DNA of 64,000 nucleotides from an uncultured Methanomicrobiales archaeon. GTDB taxonomy: Archaea; Halobacteriota; Methanomicrobia; Methanomicrobiales; Methanospirillaceae. A program made the position numbers and the translations under genes. Positions 40,826-51,635 of the stretch are shown piece after piece. Numbering within the stretch: position 1 is the first letter of the stretch; each line of letters begins with the position of its first letter. Below the pieces are notes generated by a model that saw only the letters and a list, made by a program, of their open reading frames with translations, was not told the origin of the DNA and searched no databases. The DNA is taken from the NCBI GenBank assembly GCA_963697895.1, contig OY969100.1:1632001-1696000 (forward strand), given 5' to 3'.

Positions 40826-41812
40826 TCAAGGCAGCACTCCCGCTGCCCTGAGGCCATCGCGTTCATCATATCCACACATAATATTCATATTCTGTATCGC
40901 CTGGCCACTCGCACCCTTGACAAGATTGTCAATTGCGGTAACTGCAACCACCCGTGCCCCTTCACTTTCGACCATTACATCACAGAAATTGCTTCCCCTT
41001 ACTGAAGCAAGCATCGGTCGCTGGTACCTGACAAATATCTCCTTCTGATAATAGGATCGGTACAGTTGTTCCACTTCCTCCTGCTCCATCGGCTCTCGCA
41101 GAAGGATATGGGCGGTGGTTAGAATTCCCCGGTTCACCGGGACCAGATGAGGGGTAAAGAAGCATCTTGCCGTAGAACCGAGCCGCACTAATTCCATCTT
41201 CATCTCAGCGAGGTGCCGGTGAGAGGTCCACTTGTACGGGTTGATATTATCTCCGACATTCGGGTAGTGTGTGACAGCCGATGGGTTGTCGCCTGCTCCA
41301 CTTACACCTGTTTTGGAATCATAAATAACGGAATCAGCGTACTTTGCAAGGGGAGCGGCGGCAATAGTAGCTCCTGTCGGGAAACATCCGGGATTTGCCA
41401 CAAACTTTGATCCCATACACTCCTTACGGTGAAATTCCGGCAATCCATACGGAGCCTCAAAGTAATCGGTATGACTCACTTCATACACCTTCTCGTAGAT
41501 CTCCTTTGGAAGCCGGTAATCAGCGCTCAGGTCCACCACTTTAATCCCCTGATCAAGAAGGGGTCGAACATATGCCATCGCAGCGGTGTGGGGGACTGCA
41601 AGGAACACAAAGTCTGCATCGATCGCTGTGATCGCGGGGTTCGAGAAACAGAGATCGGTAAACCGCTTCAGATGAGGATGCACCTGATCAACCGGCTTTC
41701 CGTCATATTTACGCGATGTTGCACAGACAATGTCCGCTGAAGGGTGTGAGAGAAGCAGCCTTATCAGGTCCCCACCGGTGTATCCGGACGCACCAATGAT
41801 GGCAATTTTCAT
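40826..41812 (-). CDS. argC: N-acetyl-gamma-glutamyl-phosphate reductase
   Basis: [32 protein letters not shown]. Confidence 0.96.
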   Translation of the reverse strand: MKIAIIGASGYTGGDLIRLLLSHPSADIVCATSRKYDGKPVDQVHPHLKRFTDLCFSNPAITAIDADFVFLAVPHTAAMAYVRPLLDQGIKVVDLSADYRLPKEIYEKVYEVSHTDYFEAPYGLPEFHRKECMGSKFVANPGCFPTGATIAAAPLAKYADSVIYDSKTGVSGAGDNPSAVTHYPNVGDNINPYKWTSHRHLAEMKMELVRLGSTARCFFTPHLVPVNRGILTTAHILLREPMEQEEVEQLYRSYYQKEIFVRYQRPMLASVRGSNFCDVMVESEGARVVAVTAIDNLVKGASGQAIQNMNIMCGYDERDGLRAAGVLP

Positions 41813-41922
41813 AAAAGACTATTTAATTTGGATAATTTAATGCTTTTTACCTCGCCACTCCCCCGCGCTAGATCCGGGTATATTGAATTTCTCCCGTCAG
41901 GGGTCGCGTGTTTGTAAGAGCA

Positions 41923-41954
41923 TAATCATTAATAATTATAATGATTAATCATTA
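41923..41954. promoter_or_regulatory. Triple TAATCATTA/TAATGATTA operator-like array
   Basis: TAATCATTA-N7-TAATGATTA (41923-41947) overlapping the perfect 16-bp palindrome TAATGATTAATCATTA (41939-41954), in the argC/acs divergent region. Confidence 0.6.
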
Positions 41955-42199
41955 AAATAAGAATACCGGAGGTGTGGAAGTCAATATCGACTGGAGGAGA
42001 GGATACTGGTTTACATACGAGAAAAACCGGAAAATGAGTAGGAGAGAGAACAATGATCAGGACTGCGTTGAAGAGACGTGGTTAAGAGAAAGTCCGTGGT
42101 CCGGCCTGTGATCGTAATCTTTCGATGAAGCTGGCCACCTTCGAAAGCATTTCATATCGTCATGCACGATTGGTTTTATCCATGGGAATAGGTGCACAC

Positions 42200-44099
42200 A
42201 TGAAGGAATCATTTGATGTTCCACTGGGCGGGGAGGGAAAGTATTACTATCCCGACTCTCGGTATAAAGAAAACGCCTGGACAAGGGATTATGATCAGGC
42301 GTACCAGGAGTTCCTGGCTGACCCTGCTTCATTCTGGGCAAAGATTGCTGATAAGCTGGATTGGTTCAAACCCTGGGATAAGGTGCTGGAATGGGATTAC
42401 CCGTACGCCAAGTGGTTCGTCAATGCAAAATTAAATATCACCCACAACTGCCTCGACCGTCAGGTGAACAATCATCGCCGGAATAAGGTGGCACTCATCT
42501 GGCGGGGCGAAGACGGGGAAGAGCGGATCTTTACGTATAACAAGCTTCAGCAGGAAGTAATGCGGTTCGCAAACGGACTGAAGAAGCTCGGGATACAAAA
42601 AGGTGATCGGGTCTGCATTTATATGCCCCTCGTGCCAGAGCAGATCATTGCCATGCTGGCATGTGCACGGATCGGTGCCGTCCATAGTGTGGTATTCGGC
42701 GGATTCGGGGTTAGCGCCCTGAATATGAGAATAAGGGACGCCGATGCAAAGGTTGTCATCACCGCTGATGTGGCAATCCGGAGAGGAAAGTCCATCCAAT
42801 TGAAAACGATTGTAGAGGAGGCGATCATCAATGCGCCAAGTGTGGAGAAGGTCGTTGTACTCCGTCGGGAACACGAGAATCCTGTTGAACTCCATAAAGA
42901 GATGGAGGTCGATTATTACGATCTGATCAAGGATGTGAGTGCGGAATGCCCTCCCGAGATCATGGATGCGGAAGACCCGCTCTTCATCCTTTATACAAGC
43001 GGATCCACCGGGGCGCCGAAGGGGATCGTTCATACCTGCGGCGGTTATATGGTCGGGACATACTATACGAGCCTCCACGTATTCGATATCAAGGACAACG
43101 ATGTATACTGGTGCACTGCCGACCCAGGATGGATCACCGGCCATAGTTATATTATCTACGGGCCGTTTGCTGTCGGAGCAACCGTGGTCATAACCGAGTC
43201 AACACCTGATTACCCGGATCCCGGCTCATTCTGGAAGATTGTTCAGGATCTTGGAGTTACCATATTCTATACGGCTCCGACGGCAATTCGCATGTTCATG
43301 AAAGTCGGGGATAAGTGGCCCGCACAATATAATCTCAAATCGCTCCGTGTCCTCGGTTCGGTCGGAGAACCACTGAACCCCGAGGCCTTCATCTGGTATC
43401 ACAAAAATATCGGCGGCGGCAGATGCCCGATTGTGGACACCTGGTGGCAGACCGAGACCGGCATGCAGATGATAACTACGATGATCGGAGAGCCTATGCG
43501 CCCCGGTTTCGCCGGAAAAGCCATTCCAGGGGTGATAGCAGATGTTGTCGATAAACAAGGTAACTCGGTCCCGCCTGGTACGGGAGGTTTCCTCGTTATC
43601 AGGCAGCCATGGCCAGCGATGCTCCGAACCGTCTATAAAAACGATGAGCGATATCGACAATACTGGAACACCATTGAGAATTGCTACACTGCCGGAGACC
43701 TCGCGGTGAGAGGAGAGGACAACTATATCATGGTGATCGGGCGGGCTGATGATATCATCATTGTTGCCGGGCATAACATCGGCACTGCCGAAGTGGAGAG
43801 CGCCCTCGTATCACATCAGGCGGTCGCTGAAGCAGCCGTTATCGGGAAACCCGATCCCGTCAAGGGGAACACAATCAAGGCCTTTGTCATACTCCGGGTG
43901 GGTTTTGCGCCAAGCGAGAAACTCAAATCGGACCTGATCTATCATGTCCGGATGACACTCGGACCGATTGCTATGCCACAGGAGATAGATTTCGTCGATA
44001 AACTCCCAAAAACGAGAAGCGGAAAGATCATGCGAAGGGTTTTAAAGGCAAAGGAGCTCAGGAATGGACCCCGGGGACGTCTCCACGCTGGAAGAATAA
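42200..44099 (+). CDS. acs: Acetate--CoA ligase (AMP-forming); frameshift at about 44060 in the last codons
   Basis: [31 protein letters not shown]. Removing one A at ~44060 restores the canonical end [14 protein letters not shown] (TAA 44097-44099). Confidence 0.95.
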
Positions 44100-44123
44100 T
44101 CATCCATTTTTTGGGAGGTAACA

Positions 44124-45410
44124 ATGGATATTATGCCAGATCAAGCAGATATGCGCCTGTTTGGACGACCCCTCGAGCAGGGGAGATGGGGCCTGGTGAT
44201 TATAGGGTTGATCATCAATCTCTGTTTGGGCACGATCTACTCCTGGAGCGTGTTCGTCGCTCCACTGACCACGTATTTCACCGACATCCTCCATCAACAG
44301 GTGACTGCAAATGATGTACTCCTGCCCTTTTCGGTATTTCTCGCTTTTTTTGCAATTGCCATGCCACTGACAGGGAGATATATCGAGACGCATGGTCCAC
44401 GGAATATTACTATCATCGGCGGTATCCTTACGGGGCTCGGGTGGCTTCTTGCGTCGACAGTAACCTCCATCCAGATGCTCTACATCGTGTATGGAATTAT
44501 CGGGGGTATCGGTGTCGGTATCACCTATGGCGTTCCGGTGGCGGTTGCGGCGCGATGGTTCCCGGATCGCAGGGGTCTCGCGGTCGGCCTCACCGTGCTC
44601 GGGTTCGGCTTCTCTGCTTTTCTGACCGCGAACATTGCCGGATACCTGATCAGTATGTACGGGGTACTGAATACGTTTCGTATCTTCGGGATTGCATTCG
44701 TTATCCTGCTCATTCTGCTTGCGCTTCCACTCCGTTTCCCGCCTGCTGGCTGGAAACCGGCGGGATGGACACCACCAATACCAAAGCCCGGGGAGCAGGT
44801 GACATGTGAGTGTAACCGTTCGGAAATGGTCCGTACTGCTTCATTTTACGGACTCTGGATATGTTTCTTTATAGGCTGCCTTGCCGGCCTGATGGCCATT
44901 TCAATCGCCAAACCCGTCGGGACTGAAGTCGGTATCGCTGGAGGACTCGCCACTCTGCTGGTTGGTTTCTTTGCAATATTCAATGGAGCGGGAAGGCCGG
45001 TCTTTGGGGCACTAACCGACCGGATCACCCCAAGGAAGACGGTGCTCCTCTCGTTCATCCTGATCGCCTTCGCATCACTGATACTCTGGCAGGTTCCGGG
45101 GGTCCTCTCGTATATCCTCGCCTTTGCAATCCTCTGGGGGACGTTGGGCGGATGGCTCGCCATTGCCCCGACCACCACCGGAAGTTACTTTGGCACCTGT
45201 GATTATCCCCGGTGCTATGGAATAGTCTTTCTGGCCTATGGGGCAGGAGCGATCGCCGGCCCGCAACTTGCCGGCTTCATCAAGACAACGTCCGGAAATT
45301 ACAGCGGAGTATTCCCGTACGTGTTTATCCTCGCGATTATCGGTCTTATCGTTGCGTTTGGACTGGTGAGAACCCCGAGAACAATTCAGAAAACGGAAAA
45401 AATCCCATAA
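44124..45410 (+). CDS. OFA-family (oxalate/formate/lactate-type) MFS transporter
   Basis: [36 protein letters not shown]; SD GGAGGT. Confidence 0.9.
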   Translation: MDIMPDQADMRLFGRPLEQGRWGLVIIGLIINLCLGTIYSWSVFVAPLTTYFTDILHQQVTANDVLLPFSVFLAFFAIAMPLTGRYIETHGPRNITIIGGILTGLGWLLASTVTSIQMLYIVYGIIGGIGVGITYGVPVAVAARWFPDRRGLAVGLTVLGFGFSAFLTANIAGYLISMYGVLNTFRIFGIAFVILLILLALPLRFPPAGWKPAGWTPPIPKPGEQVTCECNRSEMVRTASFYGLWICFFIGCLAGLMAISIAKPVGTEVGIAGGLATLLVGFFAIFNGAGRPVFGALTDRITPRKTVLLSFILIAFASLILWQVPGVLSYILAFAILWGTLGGWLAIAPTTTGSYFGTCDYPRCYGIVFLAYGAGAIAGPQLAGFIKTTSGNYSGVFPYVFILAIIGLIVAFGLVRTPRTIQKTEKIP

Positions 45411-45553
45411 TTTTATGGAAATCGGACACTCTGGTTTGAATATGGCTGCACGATCTCGCGGAACCGCTGAAGCTGCAAGGAACGGGGATACAGGATCTTC
45501 CTGTTCCTTATATATGGCATTTTTTTTAGCTTTTTATGTGCATTAGCCGATAA

Positions 45554-46660
45554 TCAAGTCCGTTCGGGATGCAATAGTCGTTTATGCTGAGCGATTCGAT
45601 ACCCCGAAATTACCGAGATGTAGTCGCCAAATGTGTGATCCAGATCCGGATCTCCGGTGTCGACGAAGAGAGCCGCAGTCTGGGAAAGTTTGTATGGAGT
45701 CGCTACAACGATTATATGCTTAATTCCTATTTGTTTCAGCACTTCCGGGCTTACCTGTTGTGTTCCCCGTCCAAGGACAAAACCCTGGGCCCCGATCGGG
45801 CTGATGATCAGCCAGACACGCTCCCCGGAGGAGGTGAAAGCAAGGATATCCTTCTCGTCCAGGTCAGCCCCGATGAGCAGTCCATCCCGGACTGCATCAA
45901 ATCCAAGCAGAGTCTTCTTAATCCCCTGTCGCTCAGCGATATGCCGTGTGGTTGTCCCCGGTCCCAGGATGTATATGCTCCCTGATTGCATCAGTTCATC
46001 GATAAAGCGAGCGATCTCTTCTTTTGCCCGTTCTTCATCGGGATCCTCATAGACCCGTTTTGCTCCCTGCAGCATCTCCGGGATATAGGGGACCCGGGCA
46101 TACCCGTACAGACGGGTCCGGAGTTCTCCCCGACGGTACGCATCCTCATCGACATCGACCACCTCAGACTCCCTGAATTTTATCTGGTCATTCCTCATAA
46201 GAATCTCCCCGGCTGCAGTTGGGTTCACTGCAAAAACTGCAGAATACATTTTGACACCTGCCGGGATTCCCAGAATCGGCACCCGGTCCCCGATACTATC
46301 GAAGACATCACGTGCAGTACCGTCTCCCCCGCAAAAAAGGATCAGGTCGACACCATATTCAAGGAACCTTCGGCAGGCCTCCTTTGTGTCGTTTGCCGTG
46401 CTCTCTCCGGAATACTGATAGAGCACAGAGTACCGTGAGATCCCCGATTCGATGAGAATATTCTCTCCCATTTCGGCTGAACAGGTGAGAAAAAGAAACA
46501 GCCGGGAGCGTAGAATCTCCAAAGTTTGCAGCGCCCGCGCCCCGGATATCGGACGGGCGCCTCGCATGAGCGCTTCCCCGGCCATATCATCCGTGCCCTT
46601 CAGGCCAACCCGGCCGCCCATTCCGGCAACGGGATTAACAAGGAACCCGATTCGATTCAT
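45554..46660 (-). CDS. ATP-NAD kinase family protein (COG3199-like)
   Basis: VNPVAGMGG.VGLKGTD, GGDGTARD, GIPAGVKMYS. Confidence 0.85.
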   Translation of the reverse strand: MNRIGFLVNPVAGMGGRVGLKGTDDMAGEALMRGARPISGARALQTLEILRSRLFLFLTCSAEMGENILIESGISRYSVLYQYSGESTANDTKEACRRFLEYGVDLILFCGGDGTARDVFDSIGDRVPILGIPAGVKMYSAVFAVNPTAAGEILMRNDQIKFRESEVVDVDEDAYRRGELRTRLYGYARVPYIPEMLQGAKRVYEDPDEERAKEEIARFIDELMQSGSIYILGPGTTTRHIAERQGIKKTLLGFDAVRDGLLIGADLDEKDILAFTSSGERVWLIISPIGAQGFVLGRGTQQVSPEVLKQIGIKHIIVVATPYKLSQTAALFVDTGDPDLDHTFGDYISVISGYRIAQHKRLLHPERT

Positions 46661-46678
46661 GCAGGAAAAATGGATGGT

Positions 46679-48037
46679 TCAGGGAATCTGGGGCAGATGA
46701 GAGAGAGACTCCCGGATAAGTTCGGCGGGATACTCATAATCCACCAGCTTCCCGGCGTAAAATGCGTCGTATGATGACATGTCAAAGTCTCCATGGCCCG
46801 AATTATTGAACAGAATCGTCTTTGCTTCTCCGGTTTCCCTGCACCGGATCGCTTCATCGATGGCCGCTTTAACCGCGTGAGCTGATTCGGGGGCAACTAT
46901 GAATCCCTCAGTCCGTGCAAATGTCTGCGCGGCCTGGAAGACTTCGGTCTGATAACATGATGTGGCACGTATCACGCCGTCGTGCACAAGCCGTGAGACG
47001 AGAGGGGAATCTCCATGATATCTCAATCCTCCGGCATGTATGGCCGGAGGGACAAAGTCGTGCCCGAGGGTATACATCTTCAGGATAGGTGCCAGCCCGG
47101 CTTCGTCACCGAAGTCATAGGCATACACCCCTTTGGTCAGAGTGGGGCATGCAGCCGGCTCAACCGCGATGATTTCAACATCGGGATGACGGCCTTTCAG
47201 CTTGTCTCCCGCGAATGGGAATGAGATACCAGCAAAATTTGAGCCTCCACCTACACATCCGATGACAATATCGGGATATTCATCCACCATTGCGAGCTGT
47301 TCACGGGCCTCTTGACCGATGATCGTCTGGTGGAGACAGACATGATTCAGCACGGAACCAAGGGAGTAATTCGTATCGGAGTGGGTAGCTGCATCCTCAA
47401 CTGCTTCGGATATGGCAATTCCGAGGCTGCCCGGGGTATCCGGGTCCTTCTCGAGCATGGCTTTCCCGGATGCCGTCTTGGTCGACGGGCTCGGAATGCA
47501 TTCCGCTCCCCATACCTGCATCATGCTCTTCCGGTAGGGTTTCTGCATATAACTGGAGCGAACCATGTAAACCGTACATTTCAACCCGTAGTGCTGTGTT
47601 GCAAAGGCAAGGGCCGAGCCCCACTGTCCTGCACCCGTTTCAGTTGCAATTCGTTCAATACCCTCTTCTCTGTTATAGTACGCCTGGGGAACTGCGGTAT
47701 TCGGTTTGTGACTCCCTGCCGGACTTACTCCCTCCCACTTGTAGAATATCTTGGCCGGGGTCTTCAGGAAGCGTTCCAGACGTCTCGCCCTGTATAGCGG
47801 ACTCGGTCTCCAGAAGTGTAGCACATCCTGCACCTCATCAGGTATATCGATATATCGCTGGTTACTGACTTCCTGCATAATCAGTTCCATCGGGAAGATT
47901 GCCTTTAAATCATCAGGTGTAACCGGTTTTTTGGTCTGTGGGTGGAGCGGCGGATCGAGCGGACTCGGAAGATCGGCCTGAATATTATACCATTTCCTTG
48001 GCATCTGCTCTTCGTCAAGGAGAATCTTCGTCTGCAT
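46679..48037 (-). CDS. trpB2: TrpB2 PLP-dependent tryptophan synthase beta-like enzyme
   Basis: [35 protein letters not shown]. Confidence 0.93.
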   Translation of the reverse strand: MQTKILLDEEQMPRKWYNIQADLPSPLDPPLHPQTKKPVTPDDLKAIFPMELIMQEVSNQRYIDIPDEVQDVLHFWRPSPLYRARRLERFLKTPAKIFYKWEGVSPAGSHKPNTAVPQAYYNREEGIERIATETGAGQWGSALAFATQHYGLKCTVYMVRSSYMQKPYRKSMMQVWGAECIPSPSTKTASGKAMLEKDPDTPGSLGIAISEAVEDAATHSDTNYSLGSVLNHVCLHQTIIGQEAREQLAMVDEYPDIVIGCVGGGSNFAGISFPFAGDKLKGRHPDVEIIAVEPAACPTLTKGVYAYDFGDEAGLAPILKMYTLGHDFVPPAIHAGGLRYHGDSPLVSRLVHDGVIRATSCYQTEVFQAAQTFARTEGFIVAPESAHAVKAAIDEAIRCRETGEAKTILFNNSGHGDFDMSSYDAFYAGKLVDYEYPAELIRESLSHLPQIP

Positions 48038-48242
48038 AACCCCATGTTTTGTATTGTATCATTATATACATTATGGAACAAAATTGTTGATTGATGTATA
48101 TAGTGTATTTCCAGATAAGGTTTCAATGGGGAATTCGCCCTCTTTTCCATAAACATTCGTTTCTGGTAATACCCATAGATGGCCTTCTGATTTTTAACAG
48201 GCCAGCGAAAACGAAGCCCTTGGGATAGGATATTTTCCCCCA

Positions 48243-48740
48243 TCAGAGCAGACTAACTTTCAGCTCCCCTCGTATCGTATCAAATACGGCGACTGTTGAC
48301 ATCCCGGTAAGGTATCCGCATATCTCCCCGGGGTTTGCCACGAGGGTCTTCCCTTCTCTTTCAGACATGGGGCGATGCGTATGTCCACAGACTATAAGAT
48401 CGAAATATCCTGATGCACGAAGACTCCTGAGCAGGGATTCCTCATGACCATGGAGCAGACCTATACGGAGTGAATCAGCCGATAATTCTACGAAATTGCC
48501 GCGGATTTCTATTCCAATCTCCTGATCACTCCGGGTTATGAGCATCTCACGATCTCCGTCATTATTACCAAACACCCCGATCATCGGTGCCTTCAGACCA
48601 CCAAGAACGGGTATTACAAACGGCGAGACATAATCCCCGGTATGCAATACGAGCTCTGCCTTTTGCTCGTTCATAAAAGAGACTGCTTCCCGTGTTTTCG
48701 GAAGGTTATCGTGGGAGTCCCCCATAAGACCGATCAACAT
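48243..48740 (-). CDS. Metallophosphoesterase (YfcE/MJ0936 family)
   Basis: DSHDN, GD, GNND, GHTH, NPGE. Confidence 0.9.
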   Translation of the reverse strand: MLIGLMGDSHDNLPKTREAVSFMNEQKAELVLHTGDYVSPFVIPVLGGLKAPMIGVFGNNDGDREMLITRSDQEIGIEIRGNFVELSADSLRIGLLHGHEESLLRSLRASGYFDLIVCGHTHRPMSEREGKTLVANPGEICGYLTGMSTVAVFDTIRGELKVSLL

Positions 48741-48823
48741 AATTCATCGAATACATTATATGAACCGGGATCGTGATATAGGGGGGATATCAGTCAAACT
48801 AAGGCCGGTAACATTCTTGCACC

Positions 48824-49730
48824 TCAACCCTCTTTCTCGAGGATCTTTTGAAGGATCTCCGCCATTCTCTGCTCGCTTCATCAACCGGCACCAGTTCAAT
48901 ATCATCTGGAGAAGAAACACCAATCCCCATTTCCACCGCTCGGGCAATTTGTTCGAGTCCCATGATGCGGCCCTGCGTAACCTCCGGGGTTGATCCGAAA
49001 TGTCTCAGGATTGCAACGGAGACAACATCGATCGCAACCCGGTCATTGGCTGCGAGGAGAATGTGTGGGAATATACGTTCGCCGCGCTCCGGACCCCCAT
49101 AACTGAATCCCTCGATCGCATCCATTAACACAAGATCAACGGGATAGAACTGATTGATCTCCGCGATCATCAGCCGTTGATAGGGGGATCCATGAAGATT
49201 ATACATGAAATCATTGGATATGCCCAGTACCCGTTTTGCGACCAGACCTACGGAATTTTTAAGAGAGAGGGTGAAGTACCCTCCAAACCGGTGAGTTTTC
49301 AAACAACACGTCTGCAGCACCGGGTAACCGGAGAAGAGCTGGGCCGGGAGAAAAAGGCCTTCAGGCCAGTGTGATTCGGGGCCGGAATAAACCGCCACTC
49401 ACCCGCGGGAAGTTCATCGAGGACGGATACCGAGAATTTTAGTTCTTTCGCGAGTTTCATTACGCCGAGACCTTCAAGAACCCGACGGGTGTCCCCCATG
49501 CCACTCCGCTCCAGCAGCCGGATCTCCCTGCCGCCGGAGCGATGAATCTCTGTGACCACCGCCCGGAGTGTGTCGATATGGGTGGAGCCTGGGAAGGGGT
49601 CCGCACTATTGAAATTTGCTTTAAGAATACTGTCTTTTTCTGAAAATTTTGACATATCGCAGGCAGTCATGAGGGAACGGATGCCATACATCCGGTCTTT
49701 CGTGGAAACGAGAAATACCTTAGAAATCAT
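48824..49730 (-). CDS. DUF362-domain protein (frameshift near 49378, probably another near 48866)
   Basis: LKANFNSADPFPGSTH, ERSGMG, then CLKTHRFGG.FTLSLKNSVG, DRVAID. Confidence 0.8.
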
Positions 49731-49924
49731 GGACTCCCTTCCATAATCTACGAAGACGTCCTGCGATAAAGAATATCTGCCGGGTATACGTTTCAATATC
49801 ACCCAACTCCCCGGCAGGGAACCTGGTCATGTATAACCGAAATATTTCAATTTCTGAAAGGAGAGAGATACGGATACTTTTAAATAAGTGAATGATACCC
49901 CATTAAGCATAGACAGGTGTTTGA

Positions 49925-51499
49925 ATGAAAAAATCCTTATTTTTCCTAGCGGTTGCGTTCATCGTAATTGCCGCTTTCTCCGGGGTGGTTTCCGCCCAGG
50001 GAACTCCCTCGCTCGGGGGGGAAGTTGGTTATTTCGCGATCACAACAGTCCCTTCGGGAGCGGACGTGTACTTCGATGATCAGTATCAGGGATTGTCACC
50101 GGTCACGGTTCAGGTATTCAGTACAGGGAACCCCAGCCATGATCTGCGGGTCCAGAAAGCAGGTTTTGAACCCGTGGAAGAGGTACTGAACCAGAACCCG
50201 GCAGCAGGAGAGACGATTCCAATAAATATTGCATTGACGCCGATTCCCACAATTTTGCCCACCACTTCGCCGCCGGGATCGCAATTCGGGTACTACCGGA
50301 TCGTGAGTGTTCCGGCGGGGGGAAATGTGTTGTTCGATGGAGTATCCTATGGAGCCGCACCGGTCTCGGTCCAGGTGTACACCACGGCAACTCCCCAGCA
50401 CACCCTTATAGTTACCCTATCCGGGTACCAGCAATACACGCAGCAAATCGCTGGAAACCCAACCAGTGGCCAGGTTATCACGGTTACCGCGACCTTGACC
50501 CCCATTCAGTCGACCGGTAACATCTATGTCAACTCGAATCCATCGGGGGCCACTGCGTACCTTGATGGTGCTGCCAGCCAGAGGACTCCCTCAACGTTTT
50601 ATGGAGTGAAGGCCGGCTCCCATACGCTCCAGATAGTGTATTCCGGGTATCAGGACTACTGGACCTATCCTGTTGTGACCCCTGGTCAGACAACGAATGT
50701 CTTTGCAACCCTGGTGCCCCTACAGAATACCGGTTCACTCAGCGTCCAGTCGACGCCGAGTGGGGCCGGGCTCTACGTGGACAGCGGATATCGGGGGGAA
50801 ACTCCACAAACGATCGGCAACCTGGTTCAGGGAAGCCATAACGTGTTACTCCGGCTGGCAGGTTATCAGGACTACGTAACCACGGTATCGATAACCGCAG
50901 GGCAGACAACAAGGATTTCGCCTGTCCTCCAGCCGATTGTAAACCCATCGGTCGGGTATATTTTAGTCAGCTCGACACCACCCGGTGCATCCATTTATCT
51001 TGATGGTGTGTATCAGGGTCAGACTTCGGCCGGGAACCAGTATGATATCACGGGTGTTACACCCGGGGCCCATTCGATCCTGCTCCGGCTGAGCGGGTAT
51101 CAGGATTATGCCGATACCATCACGATATCGGCCGGGCAGATCGTTACGGTGAATCCGACACTCGTCCCTCTGGTAAAACCGCCATCCACAGGAAGCGTCC
51201 AGATCAGTTCATCGCCATCGGGTGCAGAGGCCTATCTGGATAATGTGTTCCAGGGGTACACACCGCTTACCCTCCAGAATGTAGCCGTGGGTTCTCATGT
51301 TGTCACACTCAAACTCGCAGGATATAACGACTTCCAGACGACTATACAAGTGACGGCGGGACAGATCACCCAGTTGACACCCACACTGACTCCGGTTTCG
51401 ACGGCAACTCCCACACCTACCCAGTCGGGAAGCATTCCGATTGCAGTTCTCGGGGCACTGGTCTCTCTCGGGATCTTCACGTGGCGAAAGAGGCAGTAA
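49925..51499 (+). CDS. PEGA-repeat surface protein with C-terminal membrane anchor
   Basis: Signal peptide, about 6 PEGA repeats, Thr/Pro linker, TM and WRKRQ tail. Confidence 0.9.
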   Translation: MKKSLFFLAVAFIVIAAFSGVVSAQGTPSLGGEVGYFAITTVPSGADVYFDDQYQGLSPVTVQVFSTGNPSHDLRVQKAGFEPVEEVLNQNPAAGETIPINIALTPIPTILPTTSPPGSQFGYYRIVSVPAGGNVLFDGVSYGAAPVSVQVYTTATPQHTLIVTLSGYQQYTQQIAGNPTSGQVITVTATLTPIQSTGNIYVNSNPSGATAYLDGAASQRTPSTFYGVKAGSHTLQIVYSGYQDYWTYPVVTPGQTTNVFATLVPLQNTGSLSVQSTPSGAGLYVDSGYRGETPQTIGNLVQGSHNVLLRLAGYQDYVTTVSITAGQTTRISPVLQPIVNPSVGYILVSSTPPGASIYLDGVYQGQTSAGNQYDITGVTPGAHSILLRLSGYQDYADTITISAGQIVTVNPTLVPLVKPPSTGSVQISSSPSGAEAYLDNVFQGYTPLTLQNVAVGSHVVTLKLAGYNDFQTTIQVTAGQITQLTPTLTPVSTATPTPTQSGSIPIAVLGALVSLGIFTWRKRQ

Positions 51500-51635
51500 C
51501 AGGATTCCTTTTTTTTTCTTGGTATTTATTCTTCCATTCCTGTTCGTTTATACCGGGTTTGACCTGTGTTCCTAATGCGCTGGCCTTCCCTTTCAGAGAG
51601 CGGTGTTGATATAGCTGATTGGCTATTCTACTGAT

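Noticed and set aside
44100-44314. C-terminal extension of acs in the ORF track (729 aa)
   Set aside because: Artefact of an extra A at ~44060; it overlaps the MFS gene and the canonical end is at 44099
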